From the NCBI GenBank assembly GCA_013152715.1, contig JAADFU010000097.1:1276-65275 (forward strand): DNA of 64,000 nt, written 5' to 3'. The notes beneath the pieces are model-generated. The model saw nothing but the letters and a program-made list of their open reading frames with translations, was not told the DNA's origin and ran no database searches. The translations under genes were made by a program, and so were the position numbers. Below, in pieces: positions 1-9,636 of this stretch. Each line of letters starts with the position of its first letter. Position 1 is the stretch's first letter. Source of the stretch: Calditrichota bacterium. Its GTDB lineage: Bacteria > Zhuqueibacterota > Zhuqueibacteria > Thermofontimicrobiales > Thermofontimicrobiaceae.

Positions 1-231
1 ACTGCTCGCGACGGAAAAATTCCTTTCAACACCACAGGAGGACTCATCGGCTGGGGACACCCCACAGGCGCCACTGGTGTGCACCAGGCAGTAACTATCT
101 GGGAACAATTAACCGGGAACGCCGGCGATGCACAAATTGAAATTTCCCCGGATCGACCTTATGGCATGTCCATTAACATGGGCGGCGATGATAAGACGTT
201 GGTGGTGATTGTTTATCGGCGAGGGGAATGA
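1..231 (+). CDS. 3' end of a thiolase-like (acetyl-CoA acetyltransferase / SCP-x type) gene. Start lies upstream of the window.
   Basis: Frame 1 reads ...NTTGGLIGWGHPTGATGVHQAVTIWEQLTGNAGDAQI...VYRRGE*, stop TGA at 229-231. The GG(L/K)xxxGHPxGATG block is the thiolase C-terminal signature and is paralogous to the C-terminus of the 6379-7536 ORF. Confidence 0.7.
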   Translation, partial: TARDGKIPFNTTGGLIGWGHPTGATGVHQAVTIWEQLTGNAGDAQIEISPDRPYGMSINMGGDDKTLVVIVYRRGE

Positions 232-273
232 TCGAAAAAAATTAAGAAATTTTTGAATAGACCATAGATGAAC

Positions 274-307
274 GCGGATTTGGCGGATTTTCGCGGATAA
301 AATCCGC
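274..307. promoter_or_regulatory. Three direct GCGGAT repeats at 9-10 bp phasing, followed by an inverted ATCCGC copy. Iteron-like candidate transcription-factor binding array.
   Basis: GCGGAT at 274, 283 and 293; ATCCGC at 302. A related array lies at 7947-7979. Confidence 0.4.
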
Positions 308-439
308 AAGGATCCGTTTAATCAGTGTGAATCCATGTTTTTTAGATGCAATTATTTTAAATTCAAGTTTCTTATTAATTTTTGCTGAGTTATTTTGTTC
401 ATACATCAATTTCAAAAATAGATAAATAAGGAGGTATCT

Positions 440-2821
440 ATGAAATCGAGTAAATTGATGAAAGCTATTATTTTTTGGATATTTATTCTCTCTTTACCGG
501 CTTTCTCACAAAATTCAAAAGTTATTCTGAACCAATTAAAAAAGGAATATCAAAAACTCGATGAAATTTTTTCTCAAATGAAATTTTCAAATTCACAGAT
601 CCACAAGAAATTTCTTTCTCATACAAAATTTAATATTGATAGTTTAAAAAATGTGTTAAGAAAACAAGGAGTTGAAAACAGAGATATAGTATTCTGTATA
701 AATTCAATTGATTTAGACGATAATTTTGAATTGCTTGATTTTAATTTACATGATTGGAGTGAAGATACATATCGAGTTACAGCGAGATTGAGATGCAAAA
801 CAAAAATATATACAGATTTTGTAAAGCTAACATATCAATTTTATAAAGATAACGTACTTGTTGGCGCGGATTACACTTTTGTTGATTTTGTAACGTATGG
901 ATATTCTGGAATGTCACCTTATCAAACTTCATTTCTAACTGATTATGCTGAAAAATATGATTTTGATAATATTTTATTTTTTATATCTTATTATGAGGAG
1001 GATGGTTCAGATGATATATATTGGGATCAACTTATGAAATTAACCAATGTGGTGATTAATAAAGAAGATAACCTAAATCATTGGATTGGAACAGTGGAGA
1101 ATCGCTCAAATTATTCATTTACTTTCCCTAAAATTTTTGCAGCAATTTTTAAAAATGATAAAATGGTAGAACTGGATTATACATATTTGGATTTACTTTA
1201 TGCTCCATCTGATTCCATAAAAATTTTCTCGGTTACTGCTTACCCAACTGAAGCAGAACAAGTTTCTATTAAAAATTATTCAAATAAAGAACTACAAGAT
1301 AGATTTCTACCTCACACAACAGCAACATTTGACTCTTACATAAATTTACCAGATGAATATGATAGAATAAAATATTACCTTAATTACGCCTTATACTCAT
1401 TAGAAGGATCAGGAAATATCCCTCCAAATTTCCCCGTTTTTACGGATACTGCATATTCCACAGTGGAACGTACCAATTTTTCTCCGTCGATATTTTTGCT
1501 CGATCATGAGGGAGATTACTTAAATGTGGAATTAAATTGGGGTGATAATTCAGCAATCAATTGGTCTAACCCAATATTGTCAAATTCTGTAATATCATTT
1601 GATCACTCCTATACGGAATCTGACGTGTACTACATTATCGCTAAAGCAAAAGATGACTCTGGCGGCGTAACAGAATGGAACGATAGCATTAAAGTTAGTA
1701 TTTCCCCGATTGAAAATTTATCAATAATTCAAAAGCAACTTAAAAATGGAGAATTCAAAAAAAGTTATGATGACACTATAGAAGTCATGGGTGGCATTCC
1801 CCCTTACAAGTGGCAGATTATTGATGGCAATTTGCCAAATGGTGTAATTTTGAATTATAATACTGGAAGAATTTATGGTTCTCCTTTTGAATCAGGGAAA
1901 TACGATTTTATTGTTAAGGTTATTGATAATGGAGTGCCAACAGATGCTGACTCTGCTGAATTTTCATTAGAAATTTTTAATAATCCCCCAGCTATTGTTT
2001 CTTCAGATTCTATATCCGTTTATGAGCATCAGCAGATGACTTATACAATCAGAGCGATTGATCCTGATTCAAATGTCATTTTTTTCAACTTTAAGAATTT
2101 CCCAAGTTGGACAGAAATTAAAAATGACAGCAGTCTATATGGAATACCACCGGAAGGAGCAATTGACACCTCATTTCTCGCGATTGCCTCTGACGGAGAA
2201 CTTAGCGATTCCATAAATGTTAATGTAATTGTTATTCCTGTAAATGATCCGCCCAAAATAACCAATATTGAAGATTTTAGTTTTCTAAATACTGAAACTT
2301 ACAAGATTAATTTAGATACTTGTGCTACAGATCCAGATAATACCATTGAGTCTTTAGACTGGATTGTTATTTCAGCAGACTCAAATTTAATTATAGACAC
2401 TAACAACCATATTGTCCAATTTAGTGCATCAAATTGGTCTGGAACGGCAAAAGTAAAGTTTGTTGTTGAAGATTCCCTTGAAGGTAAAGATAGTTTGTCT
2501 GTCAATGTGACCGTCAATTACCCTTCTCAAATTTTATTACAAAAGGATAATCTCCCTGATACATATTTTCTTGGAAAAATTTATCCCAATCCGTTTAATT
2601 CAACTTTGTCAATATCTTTCGGTTTACCAGAGCCTACCAATGTTGCAATTGGCATCTACAATGTGATTGGTGAAAGAGTCGCTCAATTGGTGAATGGAAA
2701 AAATTATGCGGGCTATTACAAGATTAACTGGAATGCTAATGATAGACCTTCAGGAATATATATCATAATAATGAAAACCAAAAAATATGTTAAGAGTCAA
2801 AAGTGTCTTTTGATAAAGTAG
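440..2821 (+). CDS. Secreted cell-surface protein with cadherin-like/Ig-like repeats and a type-A T9SS C-terminal sorting domain.
   Basis: N-terminal signal peptide (MKSSKLMKAIIFWIFILSLPAFSQ). Repeated 'GGIPPYKWQIIDGNLPNGV...YGSP' putative-Ig segments. C-terminus YPNPFNSTLSISF...IYNVIGERV...SGIYIIIMKTKKYVKSQKCLLIK is a canonical T9SS CTD. RBS GGAGG before the ATG. Confidence 0.75.
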   Translation: MKSSKLMKAIIFWIFILSLPAFSQNSKVILNQLKKEYQKLDEIFSQMKFSNSQIHKKFLSHTKFNIDSLKNVLRKQGVENRDIVFCINSIDLDDNFELLDFNLHDWSEDTYRVTARLRCKTKIYTDFVKLTYQFYKDNVLVGADYTFVDFVTYGYSGMSPYQTSFLTDYAEKYDFDNILFFISYYEEDGSDDIYWDQLMKLTNVVINKEDNLNHWIGTVENRSNYSFTFPKIFAAIFKNDKMVELDYTYLDLLYAPSDSIKIFSVTAYPTEAEQVSIKNYSNKELQDRFLPHTTATFDSYINLPDEYDRIKYYLNYALYSLEGSGNIPPNFPVFTDTAYSTVERTNFSPSIFLLDHEGDYLNVELNWGDNSAINWSNPILSNSVISFDHSYTESDVYYIIAKAKDDSGGVTEWNDSIKVSISPIENLSIIQKQLKNGEFKKSYDDTIEVMGGIPPYKWQIIDGNLPNGVILNYNTGRIYGSPFESGKYDFIVKVIDNGVPTDADSAEFSLEIFNNPPAIVSSDSISVYEHQQMTYTIRAIDPDSNVIFFNFKNFPSWTEIKNDSSLYGIPPEGAIDTSFLAIASDGELSDSINVNVIVIPVNDPPKITNIEDFSFLNTETYKINLDTCATDPDNTIESLDWIVISADSNLIIDTNNHIVQFSASNWSGTAKVKFVVEDSLEGKDSLSVNVTVNYPSQILLQKDNLPDTYFLGKIYPNPFNSTLSISFGLPEPTNVAIGIYNVIGERVAQLVNGKNYAGYYKINWNANDRPSGIYIIIMKTKKYVKSQKCLLIK

Positions 2822-2862
2822 TATAAAGTTGTCAAAATCGGACTTTTTTAAGAGGTTTATGA

Positions 2863-4044
2863 ATGAAATTTAATAAAAAATTCGCATCCATTTTACTAAT
2901 TTCTTTCTTTGCTTCTATTACTTTCGCCCAGGAAAAACAACCTCCGTTAGAGCCCTATTTGCAATTTGTCGTCGAACCTTATTTGCAGCAATCCACGCAA
3001 ACGACAATGACCATCATGTGGGAAACAAATTTATTGTCAAATTCGATCGTGGAATACGGGCAGGAAATTCCTTTACAAAACAGGAAACAAAACGACAATC
3101 TAAAAACCATCCACGAAATGACTCTGACCGAACTTGCGCCGGAGACGAAATATTTTTACCGGGTAATTTCTCAAGACAAAAAAGGCGATTTCATTGCCAG
3201 CAAACTTTTCACTTTTCAGACTGCCGTGAAAGAAAAGTCTGCTTTCTCTTTTGTCGTATTTGGCGATTCACGGACTTACCCGGAGACATTCCAGCGCATT
3301 GCCGAGCGCGTTTTTGCTGAAAGACCCAATTTCGTGATTCATGTCGGAGACGTCGTTACTAACGGCACTAAAAAAGAACAGTGGGTTCGCGAGTACTTGC
3401 AGCCAGCATCTATTTTCATGAGTCGTTTTTCAACCTATGTGGCCATCGGAAATCACGAACGAAACGCCCACTGGTTTTATGATTACTCCAGCTATCCTGA
3501 CCCGGAAAATTACTATTCCTTCCGATACGGCAACGCGGACTTTTTCATCGTGGACACCAATGAAGACCTGAAGCCGGACAGTGAGCAGATGAAATGGTTA
3601 AAATACGGATTGGCACATTCCAAAGCCAAATGGAAATTCGTCGCGCACCATCATCCGCCCTATTCTTCAGATTCCAACGATTACGGTGATACGTTCAACG
3701 GGACAATTTCTCCTCTGGGTGATTTGAAAGTGAGGAAAGCGCTGGTGCCGCTCTACGAAAAATACGGCGTGGACATCGTCTGGGTGGGTCATATTCACAA
3801 TTACGAACGCACTTTTCCCATTCGAAATGGCAAAGTTGCGGATGGGAAAAAGGGTGTCATTTACATTCAAACCGGCGGCGGTGGCGCCGAATTGGAGCCG
3901 TACGCGCCCACGCGAAGCTGGTTCACGGCAAAATTGCTGAAAAATTGGCAGTATTGTTTGGTCACCATTCACGGCAATTCGTTGCGCATGATGGCTTACG
4001 ACATTGACGGAAAGATGTACGATTTTTTGGAAATAAAAAAGTGA
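2863..4044 (+). CDS. Secreted purple-acid-phosphatase-like metallophosphoesterase.
   Basis: Signal peptide present. FN3-like PAP N-domain (TKYFYRV). Metallophosphatase motifs GDSR, HVGDVV, GNHE, HHHPPYSS and GHIHNYER. Confidence 0.8.
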   Translation: MKFNKKFASILLISFFASITFAQEKQPPLEPYLQFVVEPYLQQSTQTTMTIMWETNLLSNSIVEYGQEIPLQNRKQNDNLKTIHEMTLTELAPETKYFYRVISQDKKGDFIASKLFTFQTAVKEKSAFSFVVFGDSRTYPETFQRIAERVFAERPNFVIHVGDVVTNGTKKEQWVREYLQPASIFMSRFSTYVAIGNHERNAHWFYDYSSYPDPENYYSFRYGNADFFIVDTNEDLKPDSEQMKWLKYGLAHSKAKWKFVAHHHPPYSSDSNDYGDTFNGTISPLGDLKVRKALVPLYEKYGVDIVWVGHIHNYERTFPIRNGKVADGKKGVIYIQTGGGGAELEPYAPTRSWFTAKLLKNWQYCLVTIHGNSLRMMAYDIDGKMYDFLEIKK

Positions 4045-4240
4045 TTCTTTGCCACAGGAACGCAGTTGGTTCGGAGATGAAATAAAAAATAACTGCGGAG
4101 AGAATTGGTAAAAACATAAACATGAACAGAGAATAAGGGGCGGGATTATAAAAATTAGTTAGCCGCTTTAAAAATCTGGCGCAAGCAAAACGCCAAATTT
4201 GTGCAAACAAAAAAACGGGAAAAATCCCGGGGAGGCACTC

Positions 4241-4969
4241 ATGAACAAGAGAATTCAAATTGTTGGAATTTTCACAGTAGCCCTCGTGTTTATCGCTTTC
4301 AGCTTACTCATGGCTGATGAAAATTCTTTCAAAAAAGCCGGCGGTTCTGGATATTTTTCCATTGGGATGTCAAAGCTCGATATTGGGGATCTTAATTCCA
4401 GATTGGCGGCAAAAGGCTATCCTGAATTTTCCGACAATTTCCTCTCTATGGGCGGCGGCGGGCACACTTTTAGGGATAAACTGGTGATTGGCGGCGAGGG
4501 ATTCGGGCTTACAGCGAGCGAAGAAAAATTTTCGCTGGGAAATACAGCGTACAAAGCGAATTTAGCCGTTGGTTACGGTTTTTTTGACATTGGCTACATG
4601 TTGTTTTCAAGTAAAAAAGTCAATATTTTTCCCATGTTAGGAATTGGCGGGGGCGGCGCATCGATAACCATTATCCAATCGGGCACAGCTTCTTTTGATG
4701 ATGTTTTGTCAAACCCGAAAAGAAACACGGAGCTTAGCAAAGGTGCGTTCCTGCTTAATTTGTCTTTGAACGCCGAATATTTTATTACCTTCAAGGAAAG
4801 CAAAGAAGGCGTCGGCGGTCTTCTTTTGGGCGTTCAGGCGGGCTACACAATAGCGCCTTTTACTTCTGACTGGAAAATTGACGAGTACGATGTAACCGGC
4901 GGCCCTGATTTTAACTTTAGCGGCCCTTACCTGAGAATAGAATTCGGCGGAGGTGGCATGGGACGATGA
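4241..4969 (+). CDS. Glycine-rich hypothetical secreted or membrane protein.
   Basis: ORF in track frame. ATG at 4241 preceded by GGGGAGG. N-terminal hydrophobic segment. Repeated GGGG tracts. No family recognised. Confidence 0.5.
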   Translation: MNKRIQIVGIFTVALVFIAFSLLMADENSFKKAGGSGYFSIGMSKLDIGDLNSRLAAKGYPEFSDNFLSMGGGGHTFRDKLVIGGEGFGLTASEEKFSLGNTAYKANLAVGYGFFDIGYMLFSSKKVNIFPMLGIGGGGASITIIQSGTASFDDVLSNPKRNTELSKGAFLLNLSLNAEYFITFKESKEGVGGLLLGVQAGYTIAPFTSDWKIDEYDVTGGPDFNFSGPYLRIEFGGGGMGR

Positions 4970-5245
4970 ATTTTGTAGTGACAAAATTCAATGTTAATTG
5001 GTCAGATTTACTCCGAACAAATAATCCCGCTCTTTTTTTTAAGACGAAGGCGTTAAAGTTTTTTTGAAAAGAGAAATTCATGAGTCCGGTCTGAAAAACT
5101 GGTTTTTTGGCTTTTTTAGAGCAAACACAGAAACGGATAAGCAATTATTTTTACAACATTTTATTAACATAAGCCTGGATTTTAGTTTCGATCCATTAAA
5201 AAAAGCACAAAAAAATAATCAATCGAAATTCTTAAGGAGAATTTT

Positions 5246-6308
5246 ATGGTTGGAATAGTAGGTTATGGCACACAAATACCGCGTTATCGGATTCGTGTCG
5301 AGGAAATTGCCAAAGTGTGGGGTTGCCAAAGTGTGGGGCGCAGATGCTGAATCTTATCGTCGGGGCTTGGGTTTGAAGCAAAAATCCATCCCGGCGCCAG
5401 ACGAAGACACAGCGACGCTCGCAGTGAATGCAGCTCGCAATGCCGTATTGCGTGCCGGAATTGATCCGGCGCAAATTGGCGCTATTTATGTGGGGAGTGA
5501 ATCGCATCCCTATGCAGTAAAACCCACGGGTACAATTGTCTCTGCTGCGCTTGGCATGACGCCGCATACCCACACTGCAGATTTGGAATTTGCCTGCAAA
5601 GCCGGTACTGAAGGGCTTTTTATCGCCATGCAGGAAGTAATCGCCGGAGCCATCGAATATGGCCTTGCCATCGGCGCAGATACATCTCAGGGCGCTCCGG
5701 CTGATGCATTAGAATATTCTGCCGCAGCCGGCGCAGCCGCGTTCGTAGTCGGAAATAAAGATTTAGTCGCCGAATTAGTAGATACGCACTGTTTTATGAC
5801 AGACACTCCTGATTTTTGGCGGCGGGAACACGCAAATTACCCGAAACACGGGGGGAGATTCACCGGAGTCCCGGCGTATTTCCGGCACGTCAAAGGGGCT
5901 GCCTGGGCGTTGATGGAAAAAGTAAATATGAAACCGGAAGATATCGATTATGTCATTTTTCACCAACCTAACGGGAAATTTCCGGTAACTGTGGCAAAAC
6001 AGTTGGGTTTTAAGGAAGACCAGTGGAAACACGGACTTTTGTCTCCTACTTTGGGAAACACTTACTCTGGCGCATCGCCCATGGGATTCGCTGCGACGCT
6101 GGATGTGGCAAAACCCGGCGAATTGATCATGTTGGTTTCTTTTGGATCGGGCGCTGGCAGTGACGCTTTTCTTTTTCGAGCCACAGACAGACTCAAGCAC
6201 GTGCGCGAAAAAGCGCCGTTAGTGCGAAAACAATTGGATGATCATATTATTCAGGTTGATTACGGCACTTACGCGAAATTCAGAAAGAAAATTTTGCGCG
6301 CCGAGTAA
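5246..6308 (+). pseudogene. Hydroxymethylglutaryl-CoA synthase (archaeal/bacterial MvaS type), interrupted by a +1 frameshift caused by a 16-bp tandem duplication.
   Basis: AAGGAGA RBS, then ATG at 5246 encoding [26 protein letters not shown], which terminates at a TGA near 5348. The remaining 347 aa (track ORF 5265-6308, ...[28 protein letters not shown]...[11 protein letters not shown]...) lie in the +1 frame. The junction is an exact TTGCCAAAGTGTGGGG x2 repeat at 5307-5338. Confidence 0.8.
5307..5338 (+). repeat. Perfect 16-bp tandem duplication (TTGCCAAAGTGTGGGG x2) inside the HMG-CoA synthase gene.
   Basis: Seen directly in the sequence. The track translation [16 protein letters not shown] confirms both copies are present. 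Confidence 0.85.
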
Positions 6309-6378
6309 TTTTACTTAAAAATGTGCTTGAGTCAATTATGACACGAGAAATTTAAACTCGTTTACAGGAGGTAAATCC

Positions 6379-7536
6379 ATGCGAGAAGTTGCAGTTATCG
6401 GAGTTGGCATGATAAAATGGGGCGAACTCTGGGAAAAATCAATCAGAGATTTATGTGTCGAAGCGGCGTTAAATTGTTTGGACGACGCTGGCGTGGATCG
6501 CTTTGATGCGATCACCGTGGGGACCATGTCCAGCGGATTGTTCGTGGGACAGGAACACCTTTCCGCGATGGTGGCAGATTATCTTGGAAATAAACACGCC
6601 GGAGCAATGCGCGTGGAGTCAGCATGTTCGTCCGGTGGACAGGCAGTGCGAAGTGCGTTTTTGGAAGTGGCGTCGGGCATGGCAGACTATGTGTTGGCGA
6701 TCGGCGTAGAAAAAATGACAGATGTCGATGGCGAGGAAGCGACTTATGCTCTGGCGACCGCAGCAGATCAGGAATGGGAAGTGTTTCACGGCGTGACTTT
6801 TCCCGGACTTTATGCGATGATGGCGCGTCTCCACATGGAACGTTATGGTACGACGCGGGAGCAGCTCGCAGAAGTCGCTGTAAAAAATCATCACAACGGC
6901 AGTTTGAATCCCAATGCGCAATTTCCGTTCGAAGTTACCCGCGAGCACGTGATGTCTTCGACAATGGTAGCGGACCCGCTGCGGTTGTTTGACTGTTCAC
7001 CTATTACCGACGGTGCGGCTGCTGTTTTGCTGGCTCCGTTGGAAGAAGCGAAAAAACTGAAAAAGCATGCTCCCGTGGTCATTTCCGGCGTTGGAAATGC
7101 AACGGATACTATCGCACTGGCGCAACGGAAAGACTTGCTCAAATTAGAAGCAGTTAACCTTTCCATCGAACGCGCGCTAAAAATGGCAAGTCTGAAAATT
7201 GAAGATGTTGATTTTGCCGAAGTGCACGATTGTTTTACAATCGCCGAGTTGATGATTATGGAGTCTATGGGAATTGTGAAAGAAGGAGAGAGCGGCCCGG
7301 CGGTGATGGATGGCATGACTGCTCTTGACGGAAAATTTCCCATCAATCCATCCGGTGGGCTAAAGGCAAAAGGCCATCCGGTAGGCGCGACTGGTGTGGC
7401 GCAGATTTGCGAAGTGGTTACGCAATTGCGCGGTGAAGCCGGAAAACGGCAAATCAAAAACGCGCGTATCGGAATGACACAAAACATGGGAGGCTCAGGC
7501 GCCAGTTCTGTTTCACATATTTTGGAGGTGAAATAA
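6379..7536 (+). CDS. Acetyl-CoA acetyltransferase (thiolase), SCP-x/archaeal type, partner of HMG-CoA synthase.
   Basis: [11 protein letters not shown]...SACSSGG (catalytic Cys block)...[11 protein letters not shown]...[17 protein letters not shown] 8 nt upstream. Confidence 0.85.
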   Translation: MREVAVIGVGMIKWGELWEKSIRDLCVEAALNCLDDAGVDRFDAITVGTMSSGLFVGQEHLSAMVADYLGNKHAGAMRVESACSSGGQAVRSAFLEVASGMADYVLAIGVEKMTDVDGEEATYALATAADQEWEVFHGVTFPGLYAMMARLHMERYGTTREQLAEVAVKNHHNGSLNPNAQFPFEVTREHVMSSTMVADPLRLFDCSPITDGAAAVLLAPLEEAKKLKKHAPVVISGVGNATDTIALAQRKDLLKLEAVNLSIERALKMASLKIEDVDFAEVHDCFTIAELMIMESMGIVKEGESGPAVMDGMTALDGKFPINPSGGLKAKGHPVGATGVAQICEVVTQLRGEAGKRQIKNARIGMTQNMGGSGASSVSHILEVK

Positions 7537-7934
7537 TGCATATACCACGATTTTGGCGGGAAATACCGCGACGTTATCGAATGGAAGCAGAAAAATGTGT
7601 ACAATGCGGTCATATTGCATTCCCGGGACGATTGATCTGTCCGGAGTGCGGCAGCCGGCAATTTGAAAAAATAACTCTTTCCGGAAAAGGAAAATTGGAA
7701 ACATTCACAATTATTCGTGTAGCTCCTACTGGTTTTGGCGATCAGGTGCCTTATGCAGTTGGAATTGTCGAGTTGGACGAAGGCGTCCGGCTCATGGCAC
7801 AAATCACCGATTGCGATCCGAATCACCTGAAAACAGGAGACCGACTGATTGCCAAATTCCGTCGCATCAACGAGGAGGGAAAAACCGGGGGGATTATGTA
7901 CGGATACAAATTTGTGCCGGATGTGGGGGTGTGA
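7536..7934 (+). CDS. DUF35 OB-fold / zinc-ribbon protein, the scaffold subunit of the thiolase/HMG-CoA synthase complex.
   Basis: CVQCGH...CPECGS zinc ribbon plus an OB-fold. TAATG overlap with the thiolase stop gives translational coupling. The conserved HMGCS-thiolase-DUF35 order is as in archaea. Confidence 0.8.
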   Translation: MHIPRFWREIPRRYRMEAEKCVQCGHIAFPGRLICPECGSRQFEKITLSGKGKLETFTIIRVAPTGFGDQVPYAVGIVELDEGVRLMAQITDCDPNHLKTGDRLIAKFRRINEEGKTGGIMYGYKFVPDVGV

Positions 7935-7946
7935 TTTAATAGCACG

Positions 7947-7979
7947 CGGATGACACGGATGAAACGGATTTTCGCGGAT
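7947..7979. promoter_or_regulatory. Four phased CGGAT(G/T) direct repeats (9-10 bp spacing) upstream of the carboxylase genes.
   Basis: CGGAT at 7947, 7956, 7965 and 7975. Same motif family as 274-307. Confidence 0.4.
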
Positions 7980-8212
7980 TTACAAATTTAATCAAATAAT
8001 AATCTCTGGTAATCTGCGAACAGACGGCGTTGGAATCAAAAAAATATTTAAAACCACAACAAACACGAAGCGCACAAAGGATAAATTTGAATTTGTAATT
8101 GTCAATGTATGAATCTCTGTGTCTCCTTCGCGTCCTTTGTGGTTTTAAAATTGATTCGATAGCTCCGATCCGCGTCCCTCCGTGTGCTTATGAAGTAATT
8201 TCGAGGACAAAG

Positions 8213-9592
8213 ATGCCGACAAACCAAAAATTATTCAAACGAATTCTCATCGCCAACCGCGGCGAAGTGGCGCTGCGAATCATTAAGGCCTGTCAGGAAT
8301 CGGGGATTGAAACTGTTGCTGTTTACTCTGAAGCAGACGAGAATTCTCCCCATTTAGAGCAGGCGGATTTTACTGTTTGTATTGGACCTGGTCCCAGCAA
8401 TCAGAGTTATTTGAACAAAGAGGCAATCTTGCAGGCGGCGATAAATTCCGAGTGTCAGGCCGTCCATCCGGGGTTTGGCTTCATGGCTGAAGATGCTCTT
8501 TTTGCCTATATGTGCGAACAGAACAAACTCAGTTTTATAGGCCCTTCGGCAAATTCCATTCGATTGATGGGGAATAAATCTGTCGCAAAAGTGACAATGA
8601 AAAATGCCGGCTTGCCAACCATCCCCGGTAGTGACGGAAATGTAAAAGCTGTGAACGATGCGCTAACTGTCGCGGAAAAAATTGGCTATCCTGTGCTATT
8701 GAAAGCAACTGCCGGCGGCGGAGGCAAAGGTATTCGCCCCTGCAAAAATGAGGCGGAGCTGAAAAATCTGTTCGCGCAAGCGAGTATGGAGGCAGAAAAA
8801 GCCTTCGGCGATCCGGCGCTGTATCTGGAAAAATTGATTCAGCACGGCAGGCATATCGAATTTCAAATTTTAGCTGACTCTTACGGAAACGCCATCCATT
8901 TGGGAGAACGCGAGTGTTCTGTTCAACGAAAAAATCAAAAACTCATCGAAGAATCGCCTTCTCCGGCTGTGGATGACAATTTGCGAAAGAAAATGGGGGG
9001 GATCATCTGCGATGCTGTGGCAAAAATCGGTTATACTAATGCAGGGACAATTGAGTTTTTAATGGATGAAAATAAAAATCTCTATTTTATGGAAATGAAT
9101 ACCCGCTTGCAGGTGGAGCACCCGGTAACAGAGATGATCACCGGATTTGATATTGTGAAAGAGCAAATAAAAATTGCCGCGAATTATCCGCTTTCTTTGA
9201 CGCAAGACGATGTAAATTTTTCGGGTCACGCCATCGAGTGCCGCATCAATGCTGAAGATCCGCAGAATAATTTTTTACCATCGCCGGGCCGGATTACTGA
9301 ATTTGAAATTCCCCAAAACGAGGGTCCGGGAAAAATTCGTGTGGACACACACGTTCGCACAGGATATGAGATTCCCACTTATTATGATTCCATGATTTGC
9401 AAAATAATTGCCTGGGGAGAAACGCGCCAGAATGCAATCGAAACTATGATCAATGCATTGAAAAAATCTTCGATCAAGGGGATTAAAACTACCATTCCTT
9501 TGCATCTGGAGATTTTGTCGCATCCGGATTTTATCAGCGGAAATTATCACACGGCATGGTTAATGAATACGTTTTTTAACGAGGAAAAATAA
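8213..9592 (+). CDS. Biotin carboxylase subunit of an acyl-CoA carboxylase.
   Basis: ILIANRGEVALRI, ATP-grasp motifs, GGGGKG, EMNTRLQVEHPVTE. I place the start at the internal ATG (MPTNQK...), not the track's upstream 8099. Confidence 0.8.
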   Translation: MPTNQKLFKRILIANRGEVALRIIKACQESGIETVAVYSEADENSPHLEQADFTVCIGPGPSNQSYLNKEAILQAAINSECQAVHPGFGFMAEDALFAYMCEQNKLSFIGPSANSIRLMGNKSVAKVTMKNAGLPTIPGSDGNVKAVNDALTVAEKIGYPVLLKATAGGGGKGIRPCKNEAELKNLFAQASMEAEKAFGDPALYLEKLIQHGRHIEFQILADSYGNAIHLGERECSVQRKNQKLIEESPSPAVDDNLRKKMGGIICDAVAKIGYTNAGTIEFLMDENKNLYFMEMNTRLQVEHPVTEMITGFDIVKEQIKIAANYPLSLTQDDVNFSGHAIECRINAEDPQNNFLPSPGRITEFEIPQNEGPGKIRVDTHVRTGYEIPTYYDSMICKIIAWGETRQNAIETMINALKKSSIKGIKTTIPLHLEILSHPDFISGNYHTAWLMNTFFNEEK

Positions 9593-9636
9593 TTTTTAAT
9601 TTTATCGAAACAGGAAGGCAATAGGAGCAGCAGCCA

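Noticed and set aside
6891-7826. 311-aa ORF antisense to the thiolase gene.
   Set aside because: Shadow ORF on the opposite strand of a well-supported thiolase. Low-complexity translation, no RBS.
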